This document shows positions 40,801 through 49,945 of a DNA stretch of 57,051 bases, one piece after another. Each line of letters begins with the position of its first letter. Positions within the stretch are counted from its first letter, which is position 1. The stretch comes from an uncultured virus (IMG/VR IMGVR_UViG_3300031566_000004) (Duplodnaviria; Heunggongvirae; Uroviricota; Caudoviricetes), in IMG/VR virus record IMGVR_UViG_3300031566_000004. One strand, given 5' to 3'. Position numbers and translations under genes: made by a program. The notes beneath the pieces were generated by a model. The model had not been told where the DNA came from. It saw only the letters and a list, made by a program, of their open reading frames with translations, and did no database searches.

Positions 40801-43800
40801 CAACAAAGGTAAAATAATAGCACCATCAAGTGCTAATATTAATCTTAGTAAAGATGAAACTAAACAAGTAATGTCAATGTTTGACTCTATGATGTCTGAA
40901 TATCTTGACTTAAAAAATAAGATGAACGACACTAATAAGTTTACTACTCAGTTTTTCAAAAGTAGTGCAATAAGAAATAACGCTTATGCTAATGCTTATA
41001 ATAGTTTATTAGATAAATATAATAACAAAAACTACCCGGAAGATGCTACAGGTAGAACACAAGAAATTTTTGAACAAGTATTAAATAATTTTAAATTAAT
41101 AGCTGATCATCATCTTGCTAATTCTATATTTGGTAATAATATATCATCAAAAGAATCTAAAAAAGAAAAATTAGCTGAAAATATTGATGAAGAAGTTGCC
41201 GATAAAGACCTTGGAGTAGAGTTACTTAGTAAGTCTAATGTAGACCCAAGTAATTATAGAACAGACATAATAGACTATTTAATGTCTACACTACCTTTTG
41301 TAGACTCAGAAGGAAACTTTAGATTAGATAGATTTGGTGTACCTATGCTTGCAGATAGTTTTCAAGTAAGTACTTTATTAACTAACTTACTTACAGATAC
41401 AAGAGGTATTGATGCCATGTATGAAGTTTTAGATTCTTATGCTAAATCTACTAAACCATATAGTAATATAGTTAATATATTGCTAGCTAGATTAGGAAAT
41501 ACTAAAGATATTAATATTAGTACAGCTGCTACATGGTTTGAATTCCATAAGTCTTTTGGTTTAAATTCAACACCTGTTTCAGTCACTTTAAATAGAAAAC
41601 ACAAAAATGATGATGGAATAGTTACACATGATTTAATACATAAACATAATGATGCTATTGTAGATAAAACTGTAAATAATCTTGATAACGCATTTAAAAC
41701 AGCAGATCCTAGTAAACACATGATTATTAAAGATCCTAGATATGGGAATATTTTAGATCTTGAAGCTATTTATGATAAATATAGAAAGTTCAGTCCACAA
41801 CACGGTGAACATAAAGTAGATTTTATAGAGGGCACTAGAATAGTAGGATTTCTTACAGATATAGGTTTTGACTTATCAGATATAGGTTATAATAGTGAAC
41901 TAGCTAAAGAGTTAAGAGAAGCTACTCAAGGAAAAGGGGATTCAAAACTAAATTTAAATTTTTTATTACGGTCTTTAGTTAAGTCTCATGAAAATAATTT
42001 AAAGAAAAAAGAAAAGGCTGAAAAAGAAGGTACTGACTATGAACCTAAAATGTATAGGTCATTAAGTGAAATATTTAGTGATGATAATAAGCATTTAAAA
42101 AGTATAGCAAAAATCATAGCAAAAAACTCACCTACAGTAAGTGTGGCTATGGTGCCTGATGCTAGTAATAATCCTGTTTATACTAATAAAACTTTCTCTA
42201 CACAGACAGTAATGATTAATTTACTAAATAGTGTAGAACATGTTGACCAACTTAATGGTAAGCATCAAACTGTAGATACTATTGAAGAATTACATCATTT
42301 AGGACCAGACTATGCTTGGGCTTCAGCTAGTATGACTAAACGAGCTATGTTTGATACTAGCGGTAAAAGAAGAAAAGATAGTAGCATAGAAAGTAAAGAA
42401 TTATTAGGCGTTTCAAATACTGCTGAGTCTGTCCATGAGAACGGTGAAAAAACTAATAAATTAACACAAGGTGACAAATTAATAGAAAACATGAATTACC
42501 TTCTATTAAAAGGGGCATCTGAACAAATGCGTTATGGTACTAAATCTACTGCTACAGCTGTTGTAATAAGAAATGTTAATGATAGTAATCAAGATAAATA
42601 TTTATATATAGACTTAGAAAACTTTAAAGAAGCTAACTTAAGTATAGCTAATGAGCAATTTACAGCAATGGTTATTCCTTTTATAGATGCTGAAATAGCT
42701 AGAATGATTGAGTTTAATAAAAAAGATAGTCCTTACAGTAATATTAGTAATTCAAGTAATTTTTATGAGAATGGTAAAGACTTTGTTTTATTTGATAAAA
42801 TACTTAGCGATGAGACAAAAGAAACTATAAAAAATTATTATAATATTAGTGATCCATCAACAGAGATTGTAACATTAGAGCAATCTATGAATAGTGGTGT
42901 TTTAGATAATAGCGAATTAGCTGCTATTAGAGATATGATTTATAATGATTTATCATTATTTATGTCTAAGGCTGTAGATCTTGACATGAATGATTTTAAT
43001 AAAATGCCTTATATTTCTGATAATTTACGACAAAAAATAGAGCTAAGAACTGGGGCTAAAGGTCATGTAGCTAAAAATTTAGCAGTTAAAGCATTTTCTT
43101 ATAATTATGTTTTAAGAAATTTAGACATGCTCGGGTTATTATATGGTGATCCTGCTCAGTTTAATATGGCTAAAGAAGATTTTCATAAACGTATTGGAGC
43201 TATAGCTTCAGGAGGTGTACAATTTTCCAATGATGTAAGTACGAATGAGTTTGTAAATACTAGTGTAGGTAGACCTTTAGCAGAATCTAAAGGATTTACT
43301 AAATCTACTTCTTGGGACGGTAAGCTTAGAACATCTGTAATAGCTGATAACAACGTAAGATCTACAGCTTATGACGCCATGTTTAAAACTTTAACTGAAG
43401 ATTTTGGTTATAGCAAAGTTGATACAGAAAGAAGATTAGAAGCTTATTTGAAAATGACTGAGGGAGATGCTCAGGGGTATATGTCATTAGATACATATAG
43501 AACATTATCTATTATTAGCGGTAAGTGGGACTGGAATAAACAAGAAACGTTATTTCAAAAAATAGTTAATAAAGAAGATATAAACACTGACGATGTAGTT
43601 AAATATTTTCCTCCAAGAAAGTATCAATATTATGGGCCATTAGCTAATAACTTAGACCCAGCTTCAAATAGATCTATATCATTGCAAGCATTTCATAAAT
43701 ATAGTTTACTGCCATTAATTCCTGGAGTGTTTGGTGAAAATGCTGACAAACTTCATGATCAAATGATGGAGCAAGGTATAGATTATACTATATTTGAATC

Positions 43801-46800
43801 TGCTTCTAAAATAAACTCAGTTACTTCCAACGGAAAACCTGATGTAATATATAAAGATTTTGATAATTCAAGAGAATTAAAAGAGACTTTACCCTTTACA
43901 GTTAATGAAATATTTTTAGCATATCTAAAAGATCAAACAGACGTAAATGAAAAATACAAAGGTAAAACTACTTTACCTACTCAAATGCGTAAGTTAGTCA
44001 CTATTGGTATGTTTGACGGGGGTGATAGTACCTCTGAAGAAAATAAAGTTCTTGCAGAAAAATATCAAAGTTTACTTGATGCATTAGTTGCTAAAAATAA
44101 AGAAGATTTAATAGAAGAATTAGGTTTAGAGTATACTACAAATGAAGATGGTGTTAAAACATTTTCTAAAAAGGGTTTAGAAAATCTTACTAATGCTATA
44201 CAGACTGAATTATCTGAAAGAGACTTAGGAGACAATGAGCTAGAATTTATACAGGTAGATAAAAATGGAAATTTAAAAGTAGATTTATCTTTTTCACCTT
44301 CTGCTGAGAAAATAGAAACAGCTTTAGTATCTTTAGCTAATAAGCGTATAGTTAAGCCTAAAGTAGCAGGAGAACCTCTTATTCAAGCGTCATCTAGTAT
44401 TTTAACTGACAATGACATGCCTAGAAATGCTACTAAGGCAGAAAAAGAAGAATACGGTACTAACGGTCTTAAATTTTATAGCTATGATCCCAAAACGGGA
44501 ACTAAAGCTATGCAGGTAAAAATTTCAATGCAAGGTAAATTTAAGCACTTACTACTTAGAGCTGATGTTCTTAAGAAAGCAAAAGATGAAAATATATCTA
44601 CACTTAAAGCTTTAAATCTTTTAATTGAAGACAAAGAATGGATCTCTGAAAATAAAGAGATCCTTACTATGGTGGGCGTAAGGATACCAACTCAAGGTCT
44701 TAATTCTATGGATGTAATGGAGATAGCTGAGTTCTTACCAACACATGCAGGTAATATTATTATAGCACCATCAGAAATAGTAGCTAAAACAGGTTCAGAT
44801 TTTGACGTTGACAAAATGTTTATAATGATGCCAAGTTTAATGAACTTAGACGGTAAAACACATAAATATAAATATGATAAAAGTATAAAAGATAGTACAC
44901 AATCTCTTAAAAATAATTTAAGTGAGTTAATAGAAAAGCAAAAAGAATTATACGAAACATTATACAATGAAGTTACTCCTGAAGTAATTGCAGCTAAATC
45001 TGAAATATATAATGAGTTTAAAGAATCAATAAGTGATCTTAACAGTAAAGTTAAATTAGCTAAAGAAGAGCTTGAGTTATTAAAACTTAGAAGTGTTACA
45101 GAAAATGTTAATGACGAAATAGCCTATGTAGAAAATAATATAGAAAAACTTAATGACCATATTACTAATCTACTTAGTGATAGAAATGAATTATTTGAAC
45201 TTGACGCTACTGAAAAGACTCAAAAAATAAAAGAAGATATAGCAAATACTAAAGAAGAAATTAATAAAGTTAAACTTAATCTAGCTAATTCTTCAGCAGC
45301 AGCTATCCAAACAAGTTTAGTAGATGTTTTAACTGATATACTACTTAAACCTGATAATTTTGCAAATTTAATTACCTCTATTGATGGTGATACTGTTAAA
45401 AATAAGGCTAATGAATTAGGTAAATTTATGAGCTATAACTCCTCTCAAAGTTTAATAGACCAAGATCACGCTAAAAAAGGAATACATGCATTTCAGATAT
45501 TGCTCTCCAGTTATAATTTAGATAAGCATCGTAAAAATAATGAAGGAATGGCCACTTTAGGTCAAGCAGCTATTGATTTAACTTTTAAATCTGAGTTTAA
45601 TAGAATAGGGTTCCACCTTAATCCTTATATGATGTTAGATACTAAAGATAAAGATGGTGAAATTATTAAAACGCAAAGTGATATTGCTCTCAATTTATTG
45701 TTACCACATAACGTTGCTAAAAACGGAGGAATAGATTTATCTAGATTAAAAGATACAGAAGGAGAAGATATTTTTTATATACTTAACTTATTAATTAATG
45801 GTTGGGTAGATATAGAAAAGGATGCTTGGATTTTTAATGTACAAGGTAATAAGAAAGTAGAACCTACATTAGTTATGTTAGTTATGGCTGGTGTACCTTT
45901 TGATAAAGCGGCTGATTTTGTTTCTAACCCTTATGTAAAAGAATACGTAGAGTCTCAAAACTATTATGAATCTTTATTTGTTGAAGCGCATGAAGGATCT
46001 AATTTTACTCAAGGTAATCCTAAAATTAAAGCATTAAATGATATACTTAAAAAATACGATAGTGATAACTTTAAAACAGAAAAACTTAAAAATCCAGCAT
46101 ATGACACTGAGTTTTTAAAACAAATACAAGATAGACGTAAAGAGCTAATAGGTGAAAATGCTATTAAAACTTCTTCATTAGTATCTATAAATGTTGAAAG
46201 TTTATCTGAAAAAGATAAAAAAGACGCATTTGGGGCTTTTCTACATTTTATTGAATTACAAAATATAGCAGAAGATTTAACACAACTTAAGTTACATATG
46301 AACTATGATACAACTGTATCTAGAACATTATATGATATACACCAAAAAGAAGCAAACATACCTTCTTTAAGAACAGGAAAAATCTACGCTGAAGAATTTG
46401 TAGATAGTTTATTAGAAGGTTCGCCTATTGGTACTTTTAATATATCTGACTTTCAATCAGATTTATGGTCTCAAGTGTTAATTCTTAGAAATGACAAAAC
46501 TTTAAATGATAAAATAAAGTCTATTACGTCTGATCCTGGGTTTCAAACAACGCTTAGAGAAACTTTTGGTAAAGGTAATCAAGCAAAATATGTAGAAGCT
46601 TACAGAAATAATTTAATTAAATATTTATTACAAAATAGTTTATTAGAATCTAGATCTAAAGATTTTTATAAAAGTTTAGCTACTAAAACAAGTTTAACTA
46701 AAAAAGAAATATCTAATTTAAAATATGGTGCTGCTGTGCTTGACAAAGTTTTATATATTTCTAAGGATAAAATTAGAGAACAATATAAAAGAAAAGACTT

Positions 46801-49800
46801 TACAAATGCATCTGAATATTTTAAACTTGGGTTAGCTCCTGTACCTTTATTTACTTTTACTCATGAAGGTAAGAATAGCGAGCAAGAATATGAGAATTTT
46901 GTAATAGAAAGAGAATATTTAAGACATTCTATGCCTATAAATGAAGTTATGGGTACACCTATGTTTGAAGAATATAAAAATTCTCCTGAAGAGGCAGATA
47001 ATAATTTTTTACATTTACTACCAGGAGATAATATTGAAAATAAAATTAACTTATTAACATATGAGAGAATAATTAGAGATATGGCGTTAAGTAATATCTT
47101 TAATATTAATAGTTTATTTTCATCTAAAACAAATACTGTTGCTGATCAGTTTTTAAGAATAACAAAAATGTATCCTGAGTTAGCAGAAGAATATGCTGTA
47201 TTTACACAATTTAAAGAGTTACCTACTTTAAATAGTGATGTAAAAAATATAGGACCTATAACTTCTAAACCAAAAGGTGAATTAGTTGAAAGAGTTAGTG
47301 AAAATATTAAAGAACTTCAAAACCATAAAGATATTTTTGTTAGAGATTTTTTCACAAAATTACCTATGTATGCTTTTTTACAATCAGGTCATAATACTAA
47401 AAGTATGAATTCTATTTTGAGATACATGCCTCAAGGAGATTTTGTACAAATGTTAAGTAATCAAATTAATGATGTTAAAGTTACTACTAAGATATTAAAT
47501 AGTTACACAGCTAAATTTAATAAAGTTAATCGTGTTGATAACAAGATAAGATATAAAATACAAGATTACACTGTTCCTAATGAAAAAGATGATCATATTT
47601 CACAAATTAACGTAATAGAAATATCAGCATATAAAGGTGTTCCAGTGAAATACTCTAACAATATTAGAAGTAAACAAAATACTAGAATTGCTGCTAAATA
47701 TAGTGAAGGAGTTATATTATTAGATAAAGAACTTTTACTAGAGGGTTTTAGTAAAAAAGCTTGGACTAGTCCTAGAAACTTATTTGAGACTATTCATGGT
47801 GAAAAAATAAATTCTAAAGCAGATGCTCTAGCCCCAGATACTTTTACAACTTATGAAGAATGGCAAAATTTTGTAATAGAGCATGAATATCAACATACTT
47901 TATACACAAGAAAAGATTTTGATAATGAATTTCCAGGATCTACGTTAGGCCATTATGAATCTGTAATTAATCAAAGAGCTCTTGAAGCTTTAAGTACAGC
48001 AGAAGTTGAAAGTATACCTACAACACTAGTAGAAGATAACAATAACTATACTGTAGTACCTTTAGCTGTAGAAAATGCATTTCAGATAGTAAGACCAGAT
48101 TTTACTGAAGAGGTTGAGAATTCTGTACCTAAAGCAGAACTATTTGAATCTACTCCTGAATTAGCTAATGAAGTATATGAAGCTGCTGGGTTTAAATCTA
48201 ATCTTCCTAGTGTTTTAGATTATAAAATAGGAAAAATATATAATACACAAGGTAAAGAAATATTTGCAGGTGTAGTTGATGGACAAGTTTATATCAACAA
48301 AGAATTATTAGATAAATACTCTAACAAAGAAGTTTTAGATAACCAACTTCCTATTCTTAATACTGTTCTTAAAAACTTAAATGTTTATGATAGGCTAGTC
48401 AATGGTTCCAAAGAACAACTTGTTAGATTTTTAGTTGAACATGAAAAAGCTCACTTAGATTTTGAGAGAGAAGGAAGAAAATTTAAAAACGAAGAAGTTG
48501 AGGAAGTCTATGCTAATGGTAAAGCTTTAATAACCATTGGAATATTAAAAAGTAAAGATTTTGATATAAGTGGATCCAATGAAGCTGTTATTAGATTAAG
48601 TAAATATTTTCCTACCAAAGAGGAATATATTGATGATATGGTAGAACTTGTAGCAAAGGCAATGGATAATGCTACAGTAGATTTATCTACAATAACTGGT
48701 TATGAAGTAGATGTATTTAAGGGTTCTCTTTGGGGTAAAAAATTACAAACTTCTTCAATGGATAATTTCTTTTTTTTACAAGGAAAAGATGGCTATCCTA
48801 AAAATAAAGGAGAATTAAAAGAAGCTATATCTAAAGATATAGCAAGAAATATACCTCGCTCTATTAAAGAAAAATATTGGAAAGAAATATTAAAGTCTTT
48901 ACCTGATGATGAAAAAGCATTATTAAGTAATTGGGCGTACTATAACAATATAAAGTTTTATACTTCACAATATGGAAAACCTTATTTTGATTTTAATAAA
49001 GAAAAATATCCAGAATTAAATAAAGAAGATAAAGAAAAATATACAAACTGGGATAGTTTTATTTCTGGTATTATTGGATCATTTACAGGTGCTGGTAGTG
49101 ACCTTTGGTTTGCAAATAATTTATTAGCAGATGAAGAAGGTAGCATTATTGACTGGTATAAAAATCTTACACCAGAAAAACTTGATGAAAATATAAAAAA
49201 TTTATCAAGAGCAATGGCTTTTAAATCTATGGTTGTATCTTCTTTTGAAAGAGGAAGCTCTATATCAGCTTTAGATCAAAATGCTAGAAAAGTTGAAAGT
49301 ATTAAGGAAGCTTATTATGAAATTAAACAAAGAACAGAAGTATCACCTCCTCAACTTACAAGTACAAGTTTAAGTCAAGAAATAACCCCACAACAAAAAC
49401 AAGAAGCTCAAGAAAAGTTTCAAGAGTATGTTAATGCTACAGGAAGACAAGATATAGAAGGATTTAAAGATTTTGTCAATAAACCAAAACAACAAGCTAC
49501 TGAGGTTGATAAAGTAACAGACGAACAAATTATTAAAAACAACCAAAGTACTACATTTGTAACAGAAGAAGCTACTAGTTTTAATAATACTTACCCGATG
49601 CATATTAAAAATATGGGAGAATCTTTAGGTGAAGAAAATTTTGATTATAACAAAACATTAATTGATAATATCGTAAGTGACTTAAAAGAATTAACAGAAA
49701 AAGGTAATCCTGTGTCATTTTTTGAAAATTATGGAGTATCTTTGAAAAATAGTGCTCCTAAAACATATAAATACCTTAATGAGCAACTTGCAGAAAACTT

Positions 49801-49945
49801 TAGATTATCTAATGACCCCTCTAATGAAACTAAAGAGGTCATGCCTAATATTCTACCAAGAGAAATATCTGATGAAGTTATTCAAAAAGGTATACAGAAT
49901 GAAATACAGGATGCTATGGATAGTTTAAATAATTGTAAAAAATAA
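37820..49945 (+). CDS. Virion-packaged DNA-dependent RNA polymerase (crAss/phi14:2 gp66-like) with accessory zincin domains
   Basis: 4041 aa; catalytic loop GSDFDVDK (44792-44815), RIPTQG (44681) and DAQGY; HExxH motifs at about 40400, 47882 and 48440. Confidence 0.9.
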   Translation: MICALGDEALEYVYASVYKELQTLVDNNQLLNLKSLLQNQYNSLAEEVGHELALEAVHIMPMYALQAMVDDSEFLSYFKDNFNEISETATLFQDPTKIVEYLESTLTPVQIAVNRSKIDAAVPTNKRVEAVEPPKEVTKASDRPETPNVTYFWEASYGNVNSEGFYAYGLLRKLSSEFPGNPDFTTLTYNGHTGFRLKMVTSEELEKSNDLYEQDKDFKEKNPEEFNKAANVVVTDNEGNTLYFDENYNISKEKKEGYKAIYFKTRKPVKDTDGNWTHTSLKKEIKEGKEFDVIVDGVRQRASTIQTPKEIAHSKKINSKEASKYIQDEYNKLVELQNKLLESGKAILLDIEYLSEGFPIVNLGEKSKTQLKDVDFSETYQGYALTEVKRGVYQITLTNPNKQDNITVRQNKLTQAQQNIISELLFNPALSNPRKLGKNKVLNAKERHEILTTLVGDQLYFKYDYNSKEVLPTNIRLVTNVKGKNVAEINVTPEYLKDSFFNSPLGDGEVVDGVTKNQKNRINILSSFIGKNISAPIKVENNEITMETMSYDDFIIQNAYTTNETLNYKGKKVIFRKHPYFKFTPSDQAIQEETKEINETAGTMTQTTPYGTTAGPILTTSTAQQTNEVEIIYSPIDMSGYGKSYKQADISKGGKSIVFNTHQNTIRKDNNGVIELSIDDVDGKTFYPISVDLSKTAEYADYKKKLDILNAERKRLKEAGEKGVEDMLRGMGASMSVAKKQLLELIATELKKKNRVAPYKGGELSKPTQQTNEVKAKTKFTPNPFTETEVDPDELMRSKKLDSGVTKEQIEKAQKWYESSDINKLLGYKQAFNIVNSDAYATFSSAGITLFNGSNFTDLYHESWHAFSQLFLTVGDKTKLYNEVSKLSGSFTNHNGQQVKFKDASYLEIEEFLAEDFRSYMLSDGTKVFKGRTATNNIFKRILNFLKNFFKGTKAIDYSTINTQNSVKELYDKLRVGNLNEYNASVSNMMFGKLNKGKIIAPSSANINLSKDETKQVMSMFDSMMSEYLDLKNKMNDTNKFTTQFFKSSAIRNNAYANAYNSLLDKYNNKNYPEDATGRTQEIFEQVLNNFKLIADHHLANSIFGNNISSKESKKEKLAENIDEEVADKDLGVELLSKSNVDPSNYRTDIIDYLMSTLPFVDSEGNFRLDRFGVPMLADSFQVSTLLTNLLTDTRGIDAMYEVLDSYAKSTKPYSNIVNILLARLGNTKDINISTAATWFEFHKSFGLNSTPVSVTLNRKHKNDDGIVTHDLIHKHNDAIVDKTVNNLDNAFKTADPSKHMIIKDPRYGNILDLEAIYDKYRKFSPQHGEHKVDFIEGTRIVGFLTDIGFDLSDIGYNSELAKELREATQGKGDSKLNLNFLLRSLVKSHENNLKKKEKAEKEGTDYEPKMYRSLSEIFSDDNKHLKSIAKIIAKNSPTVSVAMVPDASNNPVYTNKTFSTQTVMINLLNSVEHVDQLNGKHQTVDTIEELHHLGPDYAWASASMTKRAMFDTSGKRRKDSSIESKELLGVSNTAESVHENGEKTNKLTQGDKLIENMNYLLLKGASEQMRYGTKSTATAVVIRNVNDSNQDKYLYIDLENFKEANLSIANEQFTAMVIPFIDAEIARMIEFNKKDSPYSNISNSSNFYENGKDFVLFDKILSDETKETIKNYYNISDPSTEIVTLEQSMNSGVLDNSELAAIRDMIYNDLSLFMSKAVDLDMNDFNKMPYISDNLRQKIELRTGAKGHVAKNLAVKAFSYNYVLRNLDMLGLLYGDPAQFNMAKEDFHKRIGAIASGGVQFSNDVSTNEFVNTSVGRPLAESKGFTKSTSWDGKLRTSVIADNNVRSTAYDAMFKTLTEDFGYSKVDTERRLEAYLKMTEGDAQGYMSLDTYRTLSIISGKWDWNKQETLFQKIVNKEDINTDDVVKYFPPRKYQYYGPLANNLDPASNRSISLQAFHKYSLLPLIPGVFGENADKLHDQMMEQGIDYTIFESASKINSVTSNGKPDVIYKDFDNSRELKETLPFTVNEIFLAYLKDQTDVNEKYKGKTTLPTQMRKLVTIGMFDGGDSTSEENKVLAEKYQSLLDALVAKNKEDLIEELGLEYTTNEDGVKTFSKKGLENLTNAIQTELSERDLGDNELEFIQVDKNGNLKVDLSFSPSAEKIETALVSLANKRIVKPKVAGEPLIQASSSILTDNDMPRNATKAEKEEYGTNGLKFYSYDPKTGTKAMQVKISMQGKFKHLLLRADVLKKAKDENISTLKALNLLIEDKEWISENKEILTMVGVRIPTQGLNSMDVMEIAEFLPTHAGNIIIAPSEIVAKTGSDFDVDKMFIMMPSLMNLDGKTHKYKYDKSIKDSTQSLKNNLSELIEKQKELYETLYNEVTPEVIAAKSEIYNEFKESISDLNSKVKLAKEELELLKLRSVTENVNDEIAYVENNIEKLNDHITNLLSDRNELFELDATEKTQKIKEDIANTKEEINKVKLNLANSSAAAIQTSLVDVLTDILLKPDNFANLITSIDGDTVKNKANELGKFMSYNSSQSLIDQDHAKKGIHAFQILLSSYNLDKHRKNNEGMATLGQAAIDLTFKSEFNRIGFHLNPYMMLDTKDKDGEIIKTQSDIALNLLLPHNVAKNGGIDLSRLKDTEGEDIFYILNLLINGWVDIEKDAWIFNVQGNKKVEPTLVMLVMAGVPFDKAADFVSNPYVKEYVESQNYYESLFVEAHEGSNFTQGNPKIKALNDILKKYDSDNFKTEKLKNPAYDTEFLKQIQDRRKELIGENAIKTSSLVSINVESLSEKDKKDAFGAFLHFIELQNIAEDLTQLKLHMNYDTTVSRTLYDIHQKEANIPSLRTGKIYAEEFVDSLLEGSPIGTFNISDFQSDLWSQVLILRNDKTLNDKIKSITSDPGFQTTLRETFGKGNQAKYVEAYRNNLIKYLLQNSLLESRSKDFYKSLATKTSLTKKEISNLKYGAAVLDKVLYISKDKIREQYKRKDFTNASEYFKLGLAPVPLFTFTHEGKNSEQEYENFVIEREYLRHSMPINEVMGTPMFEEYKNSPEEADNNFLHLLPGDNIENKINLLTYERIIRDMALSNIFNINSLFSSKTNTVADQFLRITKMYPELAEEYAVFTQFKELPTLNSDVKNIGPITSKPKGELVERVSENIKELQNHKDIFVRDFFTKLPMYAFLQSGHNTKSMNSILRYMPQGDFVQMLSNQINDVKVTTKILNSYTAKFNKVNRVDNKIRYKIQDYTVPNEKDDHISQINVIEISAYKGVPVKYSNNIRSKQNTRIAAKYSEGVILLDKELLLEGFSKKAWTSPRNLFETIHGEKINSKADALAPDTFTTYEEWQNFVIEHEYQHTLYTRKDFDNEFPGSTLGHYESVINQRALEALSTAEVESIPTTLVEDNNNYTVVPLAVENAFQIVRPDFTEEVENSVPKAELFESTPELANEVYEAAGFKSNLPSVLDYKIGKIYNTQGKEIFAGVVDGQVYINKELLDKYSNKEVLDNQLPILNTVLKNLNVYDRLVNGSKEQLVRFLVEHEKAHLDFEREGRKFKNEEVEEVYANGKALITIGILKSKDFDISGSNEAVIRLSKYFPTKEEYIDDMVELVAKAMDNATVDLSTITGYEVDVFKGSLWGKKLQTSSMDNFFFLQGKDGYPKNKGELKEAISKDIARNIPRSIKEKYWKEILKSLPDDEKALLSNWAYYNNIKFYTSQYGKPYFDFNKEKYPELNKEDKEKYTNWDSFISGIIGSFTGAGSDLWFANNLLADEEGSIIDWYKNLTPEKLDENIKNLSRAMAFKSMVVSSFERGSSISALDQNARKVESIKEAYYEIKQRTEVSPPQLTSTSLSQEITPQQKQEAQEKFQEYVNATGRQDIEGFKDFVNKPKQQATEVDKVTDEQIIKNNQSTTFVTEEATSFNNTYPMHIKNMGESLGEENFDYNKTLIDNIVSDLKELTEKGNPVSFFENYGVSLKNSAPKTYKYLNEQLAENFRLSNDPSNETKEVMPNILPREISDEVIQKGIQNEIQDAMDSLNNCKK
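40112..40151 (+). repeat. 40-nt intragenic repeat, copy B (SKPTQQTNEVKAK)
   Basis: Matches 35679-35718; degenerate copies at 36012, 39680 and 49478. Confidence 0.85.

Noticed and set aside
37820..49945. Inteins or group I introns in the RNAP or other core genes
   Set aside because: No C/S...HN-(C/S/T) splice motifs or LAGLIDADG/HNH signatures recognised, and the frames are uninterrupted.
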